Assembly: GCA_012521855.1 (NCBI GenBank)
Contig: JAAYLO010000162.1
Location: 1-49,419 of the forward strand
Origin: Halanaerobiaceae bacterium
GTDB taxonomy: Bacteria > Bacillota > Halanaerobiia > Halanaerobiales > DTU029
DNA length: 49,419 nucleotides
Direction: 5' to 3'
Part shown: piece by piece, positions 38,088-47,601 of the stretch
Position numbering within the stretch: position 1 is the stretch's first letter
Layout: each line of letters begins with the position of its first letter
Notes under the pieces: model-generated
What the model saw: only the letters and a program-made list of their open reading frames with translations
What the model was told of the DNA's origin: nothing
Database searches by the model: none
Made by a program: the position numbers and the translations under genes

Positions 38088-40376
38088 CTATTTTTTTGTA
38101 ATAGAGCTTTTTCCTGTAATCCTGTACTTCTGATCAAAAAGCCCGATAATGATCTCTCTTTCACTTTCATTATAAATTTTTATCCCCTCTTCAGCTATAG
38201 ATATACTCAATAGAATTCCCCGGAAGTTTATTTTAAAACTATAGGAACTCCATTTTTCAGGCAGACAGGGGCTGAATACCGGTATACCCTCTTTGACCCT
38301 GAAACCTCCAAATCCATGAACGACTGCCAGCCAGGTACAGGACATACTTGTAATATGACAGCCGTCTTCACTGTCTTTATTATAGTTGTCAAGATCAAGC
38401 CTTGCTGAACGTAAATACATCTCATAGGCCTTTTCATAATCTCCAATTTTTGCAGCCAGAACGGCGTGTATACCTGGAGATAAAGAAGACTCATGAACAG
38501 TTCTGGGTTCATAAAAATGAAAATTCCTCCTGATGGTTTCCAGATCATAATGATCTTCTAGAAAAAATAATCCCTGCAGTACATCTGCCTGTTTTATGAA
38601 ACAGGAACGGAGTATCCTGTCCCAGGACCAGTGCTGATTTAAGGGCAGCTCCCTTTCATCAAGGTCTTTTATGGTAAGCAGCTCTTTATCCAGGTATCCA
38701 TCCTGCTGTAAGAAAATACCCAGTTTTTCATCAAAAGGATAATACATATTTTCAATTATTTCCCGCCATTTTTGAAGCTCTGCTGAACTTAAAGCTATCT
38801 TTTCTTTTAGTTTATTCAGGTCTGCAGGATATTCTCTTTCCAGAAAGTCCAGAACTTCCAGGCTATACTCCAGTGTCCAGGCTGCCATTCTGTTTGTATA
38901 CCAGTTATTATTAACATTATTCTCATATTCATTTGCTCCGGTAACACCGAGGATTACATATTTACCTTTCCTTTCAGAATAATTTACCCTTTCTGCCCAG
39001 AAGCGGGAAATGGCTGCAAGGACTTCAAATCCATAATCCAGTAAATATCTTTTGTCCCCCGTATAATTGACATAACTGTATATGGCATAGGCAATAACGG
39101 CATTGCGGTGTATCTCTTCAAAGGTAATCTCCCACTCATTGTGGCATTCTTCACCATTCATGGTAACCATGGGATAAAGGGCAGCACCTTCACTGAAACC
39201 TAATTTTCTGGCATTTTCCTTTGCCTTTTCCAGATGATGATAACGATACAAAAGAAGATTCCTTGCCACTGACTGCTCAGCTGTGCCCAGGTAAAAAGGG
39301 AGACAAAAGCCTTCTGTATCCCAGTATGTACCGCCGCCATACTTTTCTCCCGTAAAACCCTTCGGCCCAATGTTCAGTCTCTCATCCTTCCCGTTGTAAG
39401 TCTGGTTCAGTTGAAAGATGTTGAACCTGATACCCTGTTGTGCTGCCAGATCCCCATCTATCTTTATATCACTTTTTTCCCAGATTTCTGCCCAGGCCCT
39501 TCCATGCTCAGCCAGTAAGCTGTCAAAACCTGCATCCAGTGCTTCCCGGGATTTTTCCCTGCATACTTTTACAAGCTCCTCTACCGGATGATACCGGGAT
39601 GAGCTATTGGCAATATACTTATATAACTTCAGCTCTTCACCTTCTCCAATATTGATAACATATCTGTTGGCAACATACTTTTCCCTGCTTAAAAGCTCCA
39701 TCTCCTGATAAGTGCTTATATCACAACTCATATATGTACAGATATGAAAGTCCAGTTTTTTTGTCTTCAGCATCAGGTAAGCCTCATGTTCTTCAACTGA
39801 CCTTGCTGTCTCCTCCCAGAATTTTTCCCCGTAATTTGCATCCTGATTAATTACATCCCCGTCGAGGTAAGGGCTTATCTCCAGGATCCCGCTGAAATTC
39901 AATGCCCTGATTGAATGTGATATGGCGGCAACCTCAGCCCTGGCCATACTGATAAAACGTGCCGTTTCGACCTTGATACAGTTGCCATTATCAAACTCCA
40001 CAAGAAACTCCCTGCTTAAAAGCCCATTCCTCATATCCAGTATTCTGACAAATTCTTCTACATTACATTCAGCAAGGTCCAGTTCCTGCTCATTTACCTT
40101 TATATCGATCCCTATCCAGTTTGTAGAATTCAACACCTTTGCATAATAATCAGGATAGCCTATTTTCCACCAGCCTACGATGGTCTTATCAGGGTAATAA
40201 ACACCTGCTACATAGCTCCCCTGTAAAGATTCCCCGCTGTATTTTTCTTCAAAATTAGCCCTCTGGCCCATATAGCCATTACCAATACTGAAAATACTTT
40301 CTGCTAAAAGCTGCCTTTCCTTGCTAAATCCCCTTTCAATAATCTTCCAGGGATGAATTTCAAAATATTGTTCCAT
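38088..40376 (-). CDS. GH65 glycoside phosphorylase (maltose phosphorylase-like)
   Basis: 762 aa. The N-terminus W.IIE..F......AESIFSIGNGYMGQRANFEE.YSG.SLQGSYVAGVYY is typical of maltose/kojibiose/trehalose phosphorylases. AAGGAG RBS. Confidence 0.88.
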   Translation of the reverse strand: MEQYFEIHPWKIIERGFSKERQLLAESIFSIGNGYMGQRANFEEKYSGESLQGSYVAGVYYPDKTIVGWWKIGYPDYYAKVLNSTNWIGIDIKVNEQELDLAECNVEEFVRILDMRNGLLSREFLVEFDNGNCIKVETARFISMARAEVAAISHSIRALNFSGILEISPYLDGDVINQDANYGEKFWEETARSVEEHEAYLMLKTKKLDFHICTYMSCDISTYQEMELLSREKYVANRYVINIGEGEELKLYKYIANSSSRYHPVEELVKVCREKSREALDAGFDSLLAEHGRAWAEIWEKSDIKIDGDLAAQQGIRFNIFQLNQTYNGKDERLNIGPKGFTGEKYGGGTYWDTEGFCLPFYLGTAEQSVARNLLLYRYHHLEKAKENARKLGFSEGAALYPMVTMNGEECHNEWEITFEEIHRNAVIAYAIYSYVNYTGDKRYLLDYGFEVLAAISRFWAERVNYSERKGKYVILGVTGANEYENNVNNNWYTNRMAAWTLEYSLEVLDFLEREYPADLNKLKEKIALSSAELQKWREIIENMYYPFDEKLGIFLQQDGYLDKELLTIKDLDERELPLNQHWSWDRILRSCFIKQADVLQGLFFLEDHYDLETIRRNFHFYEPRTVHESSLSPGIHAVLAAKIGDYEKAYEMYLRSARLDLDNYNKDSEDGCHITSMSCTWLAVVHGFGGFRVKEGIPVFSPCLPEKWSSYSFKINFRGILLSISIAEEGIKIYNESEREIIIGLFDQKYRITGKSSITKK

Positions 40377-40395
40377 AATTCTTTACTCCTTTTCT

Positions 40396-41214
40396 TTATT
40401 TAATACTGCCCTCAACAAAACTCCTGATAATATGTCTCTGAGAAAAGAAATAGAATAAAATTACCGGAATTATGGCCAATATAAGGCCTGCCATGGCCAG
40501 ATTCCACTGTTTAGTATATTCACCGAAAAAGAAAAATACCCTTAATGGTATAGTATGTGTTTTTTCTTTATTAATTACCAGTGATGGTAAAAGATAATCA
40601 TTCCAGATCCAGGTTGCATTCAAAATAGCTACAGTAACTGATATGGGTTTCATGACTGGAAAGATAATATGCCAGAATAATTTCCAGTCATTACAGCCGT
40701 CTATTATAGCTGCTTCATCAAGTGACCTGGGGACACTCTTTATAAAACCATGGTAAAGAAAAATAGAAAAACTGGAACCAAAACCCAGGTACATAAAAAT
40801 AAGGCCGGGCATGTTAAGAAAATTCATTTTCCCCATGAGCCGGATCAGGGGCAGCATGACAGATTGAAATGGAATCAACATGGCTGAAATAAAGAAATAA
40901 AAGATAAATGTACTGGTCCCTGTCTTTGTTCTCTCCAGTTTCCAGCCGGCCATGGCAGAAAAGACAATTATCAATATTATGCTCCCTGTACTTATAAGCA
41001 AAGAATTTAGAAAAGCCCTTGGAAAATTCAGCCTCTCCCAGGCCAGAACAAAATTATCAAAATAAAGCGTATCCGGCAAACCCAGGGTATCCAGGAACAA
41101 CTCTCTCCTGGTTTTGAAAGAGTTAATGATCATTATGTAAAAAGGAAATAAATAAAGGGCAGAAAGCACCAGACCAATAAGTGCCAGGATAAATCTCTTT
41201 TTCCTTACCGTCAC
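40396..41214 (-). CDS. carbohydrate ABC transporter permease (CUT1 family)
   Basis: Six-TM permease with an EAA loop (DEAAIIDGCNDWKLFWHIIFP). GTGA overlap with the upstream permease gene. Confidence 0.88.
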   Translation of the reverse strand: MTVRKKRFILALIGLVLSALYLFPFYIMIINSFKTRRELFLDTLGLPDTLYFDNFVLAWERLNFPRAFLNSLLISTGSIILIIVFSAMAGWKLERTKTGTSTFIFYFFISAMLIPFQSVMLPLIRLMGKMNFLNMPGLIFMYLGFGSSFSIFLYHGFIKSVPRSLDEAAIIDGCNDWKLFWHIIFPVMKPISVTVAILNATWIWNDYLLPSLVINKEKTHTIPLRVFFFFGEYTKQWNLAMAGLILAIIPVILFYFFSQRHIIRSFVEGSIK

Positions 41215-42074
41215 ATCTCCACCTCCCCTCTTTTTGATACATAAACCTGGCTGAGGGTAAAAAAGCCCACGATAATCAGAAATATAACTGCTTTAGCCTG
41301 GGCCTCTCCCATTTTCATAAATGAAAAAGCAGTATTATATATATTCATTGCCAGCATCTCAGTAGAACGAGCCGGACCGCCGGCAGTCAATGATAAATTC
41401 TGGTCATATAACTTAAAGGAATTGGAAAGAGTTAAAAACAGGCTTACAGTAAAAGCAGGCCTTACCATTGGTAAAACAATATTTTTCACCTTCATCCAGC
41501 TTCCTGCACCATCAATCTCAGCAGCCTCAATCAACTCCCGTGGAATACCCTGTATTGCCGCAATATAGATAACCATCACATAACCTGAAAGCTGCCAGAT
41601 CATCAGAATAAGCAGGGCCTGGAAAGAAGTCTGCGTAGTAGATAACCAGCCCATCAAGAACTTCAGGCCGGTATATTCTCCCAGGGCCCCAAAGGCGCCT
41701 GTAAATATAAACTGCCAGATAAACCCCAATATAATACCGCCTATCAAGTTTGGCATAAAAAAGATTGTCCTTAGAAAATTACTGATTTTAAGCCCTCTGG
41801 TCACAAGTAAAGCCAGTAAAAACCCGATAAGATTAATAAAAAAGACAGAAAATAAAGTGAATTTAACCGTAAAAACAAAAGATTTAGCAAAATGAACATC
41901 CTTTAATAATTTAGCATAATTACTGAGTCCGATAAAGTCTACCTCAGCATTAATTCCATTCCAATTGGTAAATGAATAATATATCCCGAAAAGCAGTGGT
42001 ATTATTACGACTATGATAAAAGCTGTCAGGCAGGGGCCTACAAAGAGCCAGAAAGAAACCCAGCTTCTTCTCAT
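41211..42074 (-). CDS. carbohydrate ABC transporter permease (CUT1 family)
   Basis: Six-TM permease with an EAA loop (IEAAEIDGAGSWMKVKNIVLP). Confidence 0.88.
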   Translation of the reverse strand: MRRSWVSFWLFVGPCLTAFIIVVIIPLLFGIYYSFTNWNGINAEVDFIGLSNYAKLLKDVHFAKSFVFTVKFTLFSVFFINLIGFLLALLVTRGLKISNFLRTIFFMPNLIGGIILGFIWQFIFTGAFGALGEYTGLKFLMGWLSTTQTSFQALLILMIWQLSGYVMVIYIAAIQGIPRELIEAAEIDGAGSWMKVKNIVLPMVRPAFTVSLFLTLSNSFKLYDQNLSLTAGGPARSTEMLAMNIYNTAFSFMKMGEAQAKAVIFLIIVGFFTLSQVYVSKRGEVEM

Positions 42075-42138
42075 TTCTCCATCCCCCTTGCAAAATCCTC
42101 CAGAAATATACCCGTTTATTTCTTTCCTCCCTTTTCAG

Positions 42139-42175
42139 AGTATGAGAGTCATTGTAAAACAATGACTCTCATACT
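42139..42175 (-). other. intercistronic stem-loop between the binding-protein gene and the first permease gene
   Basis: agtatgagagtcattg-taaaa-caatgactctcatact, a 16-bp perfect stem. No U-tract. Confidence 0.7.
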
Positions 42176-42185
42176 ATTACAGTTC

Positions 42186-43451
42186 TCAGTTTCTGGCCTC
42201 AGACCACTCTTTTTTACAGATCTCTTCCAGTTCATCCCAGCTGATATCTCCAGCCAGATATGCCTGTATATTTGCACCCAGGACCTGTTCACCCCAGCCG
42301 GAGGGATAACCCATAAATACCCAGGACATTGTTTTTCCTGCCTCAGAGTATTTTAAGACATCCTGCCCCAGGGGATCGGAAGGTGTTAAACCATCATATC
42401 CCCCTATAGCCGGGATAAATTTAAACTCATTAATAATCAATTCCTTCCCGGCAGGGGAAGTATACAACCAGTTCAGGAAATCTTTAGCAGCAGCCTTTTC
42501 TTCTTCAGGGACATTTTTGTTAATTGTCCAGTACATTGGAATACCGACAGGGATACAATCCTCTACAACCCCTTTCAGTGGAATAGGCAAAATACCTATA
42601 TTCCTGGCCAGTTCTTCATCCATAGAGGCTACACTGTTATATACCCAGTTTCCCTGTTGCATCAGTGCAACCTGTTCCAGAGAAAAGAGGCCCTCTACCT
42701 GAGCAGCGTAATCAACGGCATTCAGTGAAGAAACAAGTCCAGAAGGTTTATAGGCATATTTTGCCTGTAAATCAACAAGTAATTTAAACTCTTCACCATA
42801 TGTAAAATCTACTTCCTTTGCATTATATGCAGTTAAAACATCGCCAAATTCCTGGCTGAAAGCTACATTCGAGAGATGGAGCCCTGTTATCCATTTTTCT
42901 TTTGGGGCAAAAGCAATTGGCGCCTTCAAGCCCAATTCACCTTTTCTGGCTTCCAGAATTTCAAGGGCTTCAACCAGAGCATCATAGCTATTAATTTTTC
43001 CTGCATCAATCCCTGCCTTTTCAAAGATGGTTTTGTTGTATATAAAGCCATACCCTTCCTGATTAAAGGGCATTCCATATATCTTGCCGTCAACAGTGAC
43101 ACCATCAAGGACTCCCCGGTATGCCAGTTCTACCCAGGGCTGATCGGATAGATCTTCCAGGTAATCTATCCAGTCCTCTACATCCTGCGGACCGCCAATA
43201 TTAAAAATAGTTGGTTCATTGCCTGATGCAAACCTCGAGCGTAATGCTGCACCATAATCATCCCCGCCGCCGACTGTTTGAATACTCACTATTATACCCG
43301 GGTGCTCTTCCATATACATCTTTGCTGCCTTTTCCAGAACATCTTTTGTCTCCACCTTGAATTGAAATACATCCACTTCAATTTCAGCCGCCCATAATGT
43401 AACCGGGAAGAGAAAAACCAATAAAAGAGATAAGAAATACCGGCATTTCAT
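42186..43451 (-). CDS. carbohydrate ABC transporter substrate-binding protein (CUT1 family)
   Basis: 421 aa with a signal peptide. It is first in the operon, ahead of two permeases and the GH65 gene. Confidence 0.85.
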   Translation of the reverse strand: MKCRYFLSLLLVFLFPVTLWAAEIEVDVFQFKVETKDVLEKAAKMYMEEHPGIIVSIQTVGGGDDYGAALRSRFASGNEPTIFNIGGPQDVEDWIDYLEDLSDQPWVELAYRGVLDGVTVDGKIYGMPFNQEGYGFIYNKTIFEKAGIDAGKINSYDALVEALEILEARKGELGLKAPIAFAPKEKWITGLHLSNVAFSQEFGDVLTAYNAKEVDFTYGEEFKLLVDLQAKYAYKPSGLVSSLNAVDYAAQVEGLFSLEQVALMQQGNWVYNSVASMDEELARNIGILPIPLKGVVEDCIPVGIPMYWTINKNVPEEEKAAAKDFLNWLYTSPAGKELIINEFKFIPAIGGYDGLTPSDPLGQDVLKYSEAGKTMSWVFMGYPSGWGEQVLGANIQAYLAGDISWDELEEICKKEWSEARN

Positions 43452-43522
43452 GATAAATCATCCTCCTTATTTTTCATCTACTACCCTTTTTAGGGATAGT
43501 GCTATAAGTAATATATTCCTGT

Positions 43523-43534
43523 GCAATCGTTTGT
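43523..43534. promoter_or_regulatory. MalR/LacI-type operator (minus strand ACAAACGATTGC)
   Basis: It shares the CAAACGnTTGC core with the sites at 27774, 37925 and 37945. It starts 6 nt downstream of the -10 hexamer. Confidence 0.55.
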
Positions 43535-43540
43535 ATTCAT

Positions 43541-43569
43541 ATTTTAACATATATTTGCAAAATATGCAA
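43541..43569 (-). promoter_or_regulatory. sigma-70 promoter of the sugar-ABC/GH65 operon
   Basis: Minus strand reads TTGCAT, 17 nt, TAAAAT (plus atgcaa 43564..43569 and atttta 43541..43546). Confidence 0.65.
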
Positions 43570-43641
43570 TCATATAAATTTTTAAGAAAGTGGAATAATA
43601 AAAAGAAAGGCTTTTACAGTATCCTTGCCATATAGAAGGGG

Positions 43642-43830
43642 ATGATGAAGCTGAAAGAAAAAAAATACAATAATAAATTTAAAAACAGGATGATGGAGAT
43701 GCCTGTTGAAAACCATCAAACTGCAGCCTGGATAAATATAGAAAGCCTTGAAGGTGAAGCCAGGGTTTTTAACCCCGCTTTTTATGGAGCAGAGGAAGCC
43801 AAAGAATATGTAGATGAAAACCAGAAATGA
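43642..43830 (+). CDS. small hypothetical protein (62 aa)
   Basis: This is the only plausible plus-strand ORF outside the transposon relic. It has a GAAGGGGA RBS, a charged non-repetitive composition, and a stem-loop after it. It contains a TAAW motif that I associate, from memory only, with a small clostridial DUF family. Confidence 0.5.
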   Translation: MMKLKEKKYNNKFKNRMMEMPVENHQTAAWINIESLEGEARVFNPAFYGAEEAKEYVDENQK

Positions 43831-43838
43831 TTCCGGAA

Positions 43839-43869
43839 AAGGAGATAGAATACCAATGGCTATCTCCTT
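43839..43869 (+). terminator. stem-loop after the small ORF
   Basis: aaggagatag-aataccaatgg-ctatctcctt, a 10-bp perfect stem. The T-tract is weak (ctgagttt). Confidence 0.4.
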
Positions 43870-43985
43870 CTGAGTTTCTCCTTTACCTCTCCCTTTATTA
43901 TTAAATAGAAAGTCCTGATTAAAATATTTCATATTATTCCATATCCCGTCCAGATAAATAATGGTTATTTTCCTGCTTATTTCCT

Positions 43986-44019
43986 GAGTAAAAACAGGCC
44001 GGTTTAAGAACCGGCCTGT
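43986..44019 (-). terminator. Rho-independent terminator of the PFOR gene (overlaps its stop codon)
   Basis: Minus strand reads AACAGGCCGGTT-ctta-AACCGGCCTGTT followed by ttt. Confidence 0.75.
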
Positions 44020-47000
44020 TCCGCCAGGCGTTTATATTTTTCATATCTCTCCCTGGCATCTTTCTCTGCTTTTGCAAAAAGCTCTTCCGCGATTTCGGGG
44101 AAGGTATTTTTGATCTGGGTAAACCTGATCTCTGTTTCCATAAAATCCCGCACTGATCCTTTCGGCTCTTTTGAATCCAGAATAAAGGGGTTTTTCCCCT
44201 CTTCTTTCAGCAGGGGATTATATCTATAAAGGTGCCAGTAGCCGGTTTCAACAGCTCTCCTTTCCTGTGCTACAGATTTCCCCATTCCTGTTTTGATTCC
44301 ATGGCTTACACAGGGAGCATAAGCGATTATCAGGGAGGGGCCGTTGTATTGTTCTGCCTCCAGAAAGGCTTTTATGGTCTGGTTCATATTGGCACCCATG
44401 GCAACCTGGGCTACATATACATAACCATAACTGATAGCCATCATACCCAGGTCCTTTTTCTTTGTCCTCTTTCCTGAGGCTGCAAACTTGGCCACTGCCG
44501 CTGTCGGGGTGGACTTGGATGACTGGCCGCCTGTGTTTGAATAGATCTCTGTATCGAGAACAAGTATATTCACATCTTCTCCAGAGGCCAGGACATGATC
44601 AAGCCCGCCATACCCGATATCATAAGCCCAGCCGTCACCGCCGATGATCCACTGTGATTTTTTGACCAGAAAATCCCTGTACTTAAGTATCTCCTGAATC
44701 AGCTTATTGTCTTCATATTCCGGCTTTTCGATTATCTCCAGGAGTTTATTGCTGGCATCCCTGGAGGCTTCTCCATTATTCATATTATCCAGCCAGTATT
44801 TAAAGGCATTTTTGCAATCGGCATCAATCACTGCATCCAGCCCCTCTTCCATCAGATTTTTCAATTTCTGCCGGATCTGGCTGACACCAAGATACATTCC
44901 ATATCCAAACTCTGCATTATCTTCAAAGAGGGAATTGGCCCAGGCCGGCCCTTTACCTTCATGATTTACAGTGTAGGGAATAGATGTTTCACTGGCACTC
45001 CAGATCGATGAACAACCGGTGGCATTGGCAATCATCATCCTGTCTCCAAACAATTGGGTAGCCAGCTTGACATAGGCTGGTTCTCCGCAACCTGGGCAGG
45101 CACCATGAAATTCCAGTAATGGTTTAGCAAACTGGGTTCCTTTTACAGTAGTTTTTGTCATCAAATTATCCTTATATCTCACATGGTTAGCAGCATATTC
45201 CCAGTTCTCCAGCTGCCGGGGTATCTCTTCTTCTGCATCCACCATTACCAGGGCCTTCTCCGGGGCAGGGCAGATATCAGCGCAATTGGTACAACCTGTA
45301 CAATCCATCGTGCTAACCTGAATCCTGTAATGGTAATCAGCTGGTACGGGTTTTCCTGCCCCTATTGTCTCAAAACTGGCAGGGGCATTCTTTTTCTCTT
45401 CTTCATCAAGCAGGAAAGGCCGGATAACAGCATGTGGACAGATAAATGAACACTGGTTACACTGGATACAGTTTTCCGGCTGCCACTGAGGGACCATGAC
45501 AGCAATACCCCGTTTTTCATACTTTGTAGTCCCCAGCGGAAAGCTGCCATCCTCCATGCCGCGGAAAACACTGACCGGGAGTTCATCTCCCTCCCTTCTT
45601 GCAGCAGGCCTTTTTATCCTCTTCATAAAATCAGGTTCTTCCTTTTCAGGATATTCCTCTTCATTATCTCCGGCATTCTTCCATTCTGGAGGCAGTTCTA
45701 CCTTGATGAGCCTTTCCAGGGACATGTCAACGGCTTTATAATTCATCTCAACAATATTTCTTCCCTTATTCCCATAGGTCTTTTCTATATAGTCCTTTAA
45801 ATATCTTATTGCATCATCAATGGGGATAACATTGGACAGCTTGAAAAATACTGTCTGCATGACCATGTTAATCCTGTTGTTTAACCCGACTTCCCTGGCA
45901 ATACTTACTGCATCAATTATATAAAAATCAATATCATAATCAGCAAGATATCTTTTTAGAGCCGCCGGAAGTTTTTCCTCCAGCTCTTCCGGGCTCCAGG
46001 GACAGTTCAAGACAAAGGTACCATTCTTCTTAAGGCCCTTCACAATATCATAGTGGTAGATAAACGACTTATTATGGCAGGCAATATAATCAGCATCGTA
46101 AACCAGATAGGATGACTTGATGGGTTTTTTGCCAAACCTCAGATGAGATATGGTGGTACCGCCTGATTTTTTGCTGTCATAGGCAAAATAACCCTGTACA
46201 TAGAGATCTGTCTTATCCCCTATGATCTTGATGGCCATCTTGTTTGCCCCCACTGTACCATCAGAACCAAGGCCCCATAATCTGCAGTTGATGGTCCCTT
46301 CAGGTGTTGTATCAATTATCTCCTCTTCAGGCAGGGAAGTATTTGCCACATCATCAACTATTCCTACAGTAAACTGGTTTTTGGGGCTCTCTTCTTTCAG
46401 GTTATTGAAAACAGCCAGAATCTGGGAGGGCCTGACATCTTTCTGGCCCAGTCCATACCTGCCCCCGACAATCACTGGCTGGATATCCCTGCCGTAAAAG
46501 AGATTCCGGACATCCTGATACAGGGGCTCGCCGGGTGCTCCCGGCTCCTTTGTCCTGTCCAGAACGGCGATTTTCTTTACTGTATCAGGAAGGACTTTAA
46601 AAAAGTATTTTTCGGAAAAGGGCCGGTAAAGATGGACATTAATCATCCCTGCCTTTTCCCCCTTATCCAGCAGATAATCCACAACCTCCTGAACAACATT
46701 TGAGCCAGATCCCATTGAGACTATAATATGTTCAGCATTATCAGCACCATAATATGTGAAGGGGTGATATTCCCTGCCGCTTATCTCAGAAATACTCTGC
46801 ATATATTCTGCAACAATGTCTGCCACATTTTCATAAAAGGGATTACAGGCCTCTCTCTGCTGGAAATACAGGTCAGGGTTCTGGGCTGTTCCCCTCAGGA
46901 CAGGCCTTTCCGGGTTAAGGGATCTATTTCTGAATTTTTCCACAGCATTATAATCCAGTAAACTTCCTAACACTTCATAATCCAGCAGCTCTATCTTATT

Positions 47001-47540
47001 TATCTCATGTGATGTCCTGAAGCCATCAAAGAAATGCAAAAAAGGTATCCTGGATTTGATTGCGGCCAGATGTGCTATCCCGCCCAGATCCATTACCTCC
47101 TGGACACTACTGGAAGCGAGAATGGCAAAACCGGTCTGTCTGGCTGCCATTACATCTGAATGTTCCCCGAATATAGACAGGGCATGTGTTGCCACCACCC
47201 TGGCACTGACATGGAAAACCCCGGGTAATAACTCTCCTGCAATCTTATACATATTGGGAATCATCAGCAATAATCCCTGTGAAGCAGTATAGGTTGTTGT
47301 AAGAGCACCGGCCTGGAGGGAGCCGTGAACAGCACCAGCTGCACCTGCCTCTGACTGCAGCTCAGTAACCCTTACCTGTTGCCCGAAAAGGTTCTTTTTC
47401 CCCTGGGCAGACCACAGATCCACCATCTCAGCCATTGGGGAAGATGGTGTTATGGGGAAGATAGCCGCCACATCTGTGAAGGCATAGGAGACATAGGCAG
47501 CTGCCTCATTACCATCCATTGTCTTTATCTGTTTTGCCAT
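44004..47540 (-). CDS. nifJ: pyruvate:ferredoxin (flavodoxin) oxidoreductase, single-polypeptide type
   Basis: 1178 aa. Two 4Fe-4S motifs (CIQCNQCSFICP and CTGCTNCADICP) and a TPP-binding GGDGWAYDIGYGGLDH. GGAGG RBS. Confidence 0.95.
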   Translation of the reverse strand: MAKQIKTMDGNEAAAYVSYAFTDVAAIFPITPSSPMAEMVDLWSAQGKKNLFGQQVRVTELQSEAGAAGAVHGSLQAGALTTTYTASQGLLLMIPNMYKIAGELLPGVFHVSARVVATHALSIFGEHSDVMAARQTGFAILASSSVQEVMDLGGIAHLAAIKSRIPFLHFFDGFRTSHEINKIELLDYEVLGSLLDYNAVEKFRNRSLNPERPVLRGTAQNPDLYFQQREACNPFYENVADIVAEYMQSISEISGREYHPFTYYGADNAEHIIVSMGSGSNVVQEVVDYLLDKGEKAGMINVHLYRPFSEKYFFKVLPDTVKKIAVLDRTKEPGAPGEPLYQDVRNLFYGRDIQPVIVGGRYGLGQKDVRPSQILAVFNNLKEESPKNQFTVGIVDDVANTSLPEEEIIDTTPEGTINCRLWGLGSDGTVGANKMAIKIIGDKTDLYVQGYFAYDSKKSGGTTISHLRFGKKPIKSSYLVYDADYIACHNKSFIYHYDIVKGLKKNGTFVLNCPWSPEELEEKLPAALKRYLADYDIDFYIIDAVSIAREVGLNNRINMVMQTVFFKLSNVIPIDDAIRYLKDYIEKTYGNKGRNIVEMNYKAVDMSLERLIKVELPPEWKNAGDNEEEYPEKEEPDFMKRIKRPAARREGDELPVSVFRGMEDGSFPLGTTKYEKRGIAVMVPQWQPENCIQCNQCSFICPHAVIRPFLLDEEEKKNAPASFETIGAGKPVPADYHYRIQVSTMDCTGCTNCADICPAPEKALVMVDAEEEIPRQLENWEYAANHVRYKDNLMTKTTVKGTQFAKPLLEFHGACPGCGEPAYVKLATQLFGDRMMIANATGCSSIWSASETSIPYTVNHEGKGPAWANSLFEDNAEFGYGMYLGVSQIRQKLKNLMEEGLDAVIDADCKNAFKYWLDNMNNGEASRDASNKLLEIIEKPEYEDNKLIQEILKYRDFLVKKSQWIIGGDGWAYDIGYGGLDHVLASGEDVNILVLDTEIYSNTGGQSSKSTPTAAVAKFAASGKRTKKKDLGMMAISYGYVYVAQVAMGANMNQTIKAFLEAEQYNGPSLIIAYAPCVSHGIKTGMGKSVAQERRAVETGYWHLYRYNPLLKEEGKNPFILDSKEPKGSVRDFMETEIRFTQIKNTFPEIAEELFAKAEKDARERYEKYKRLAEQAGS

Positions 47541-47561
47541 ATCAAACCTCCATCTCTTTGT

Positions 47562-47601
47562 ATAAAAAAATACTAAAAGTACCTCATTTACTTTTAGTAT
47601 T
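47562..47601 (-). terminator. intrinsic-terminator-type hairpin 22 nt upstream of the PFOR start codon
   Basis: aatactaaaagta-cctcatt-tacttttagtatt, a 13-bp perfect stem at 47569..47601. On the minus strand it is followed by tttttat. Confidence 0.6.

Noticed and set aside
5724-47601. Whether the long intergenic hairpins (5724, 13780, 36558, 42139, 47569) belong to one dispersed REP/MITE-like repeat family.
   Set aside because: Their stem sequences share no recognisable similarity with one another. They appear to be independent structures.
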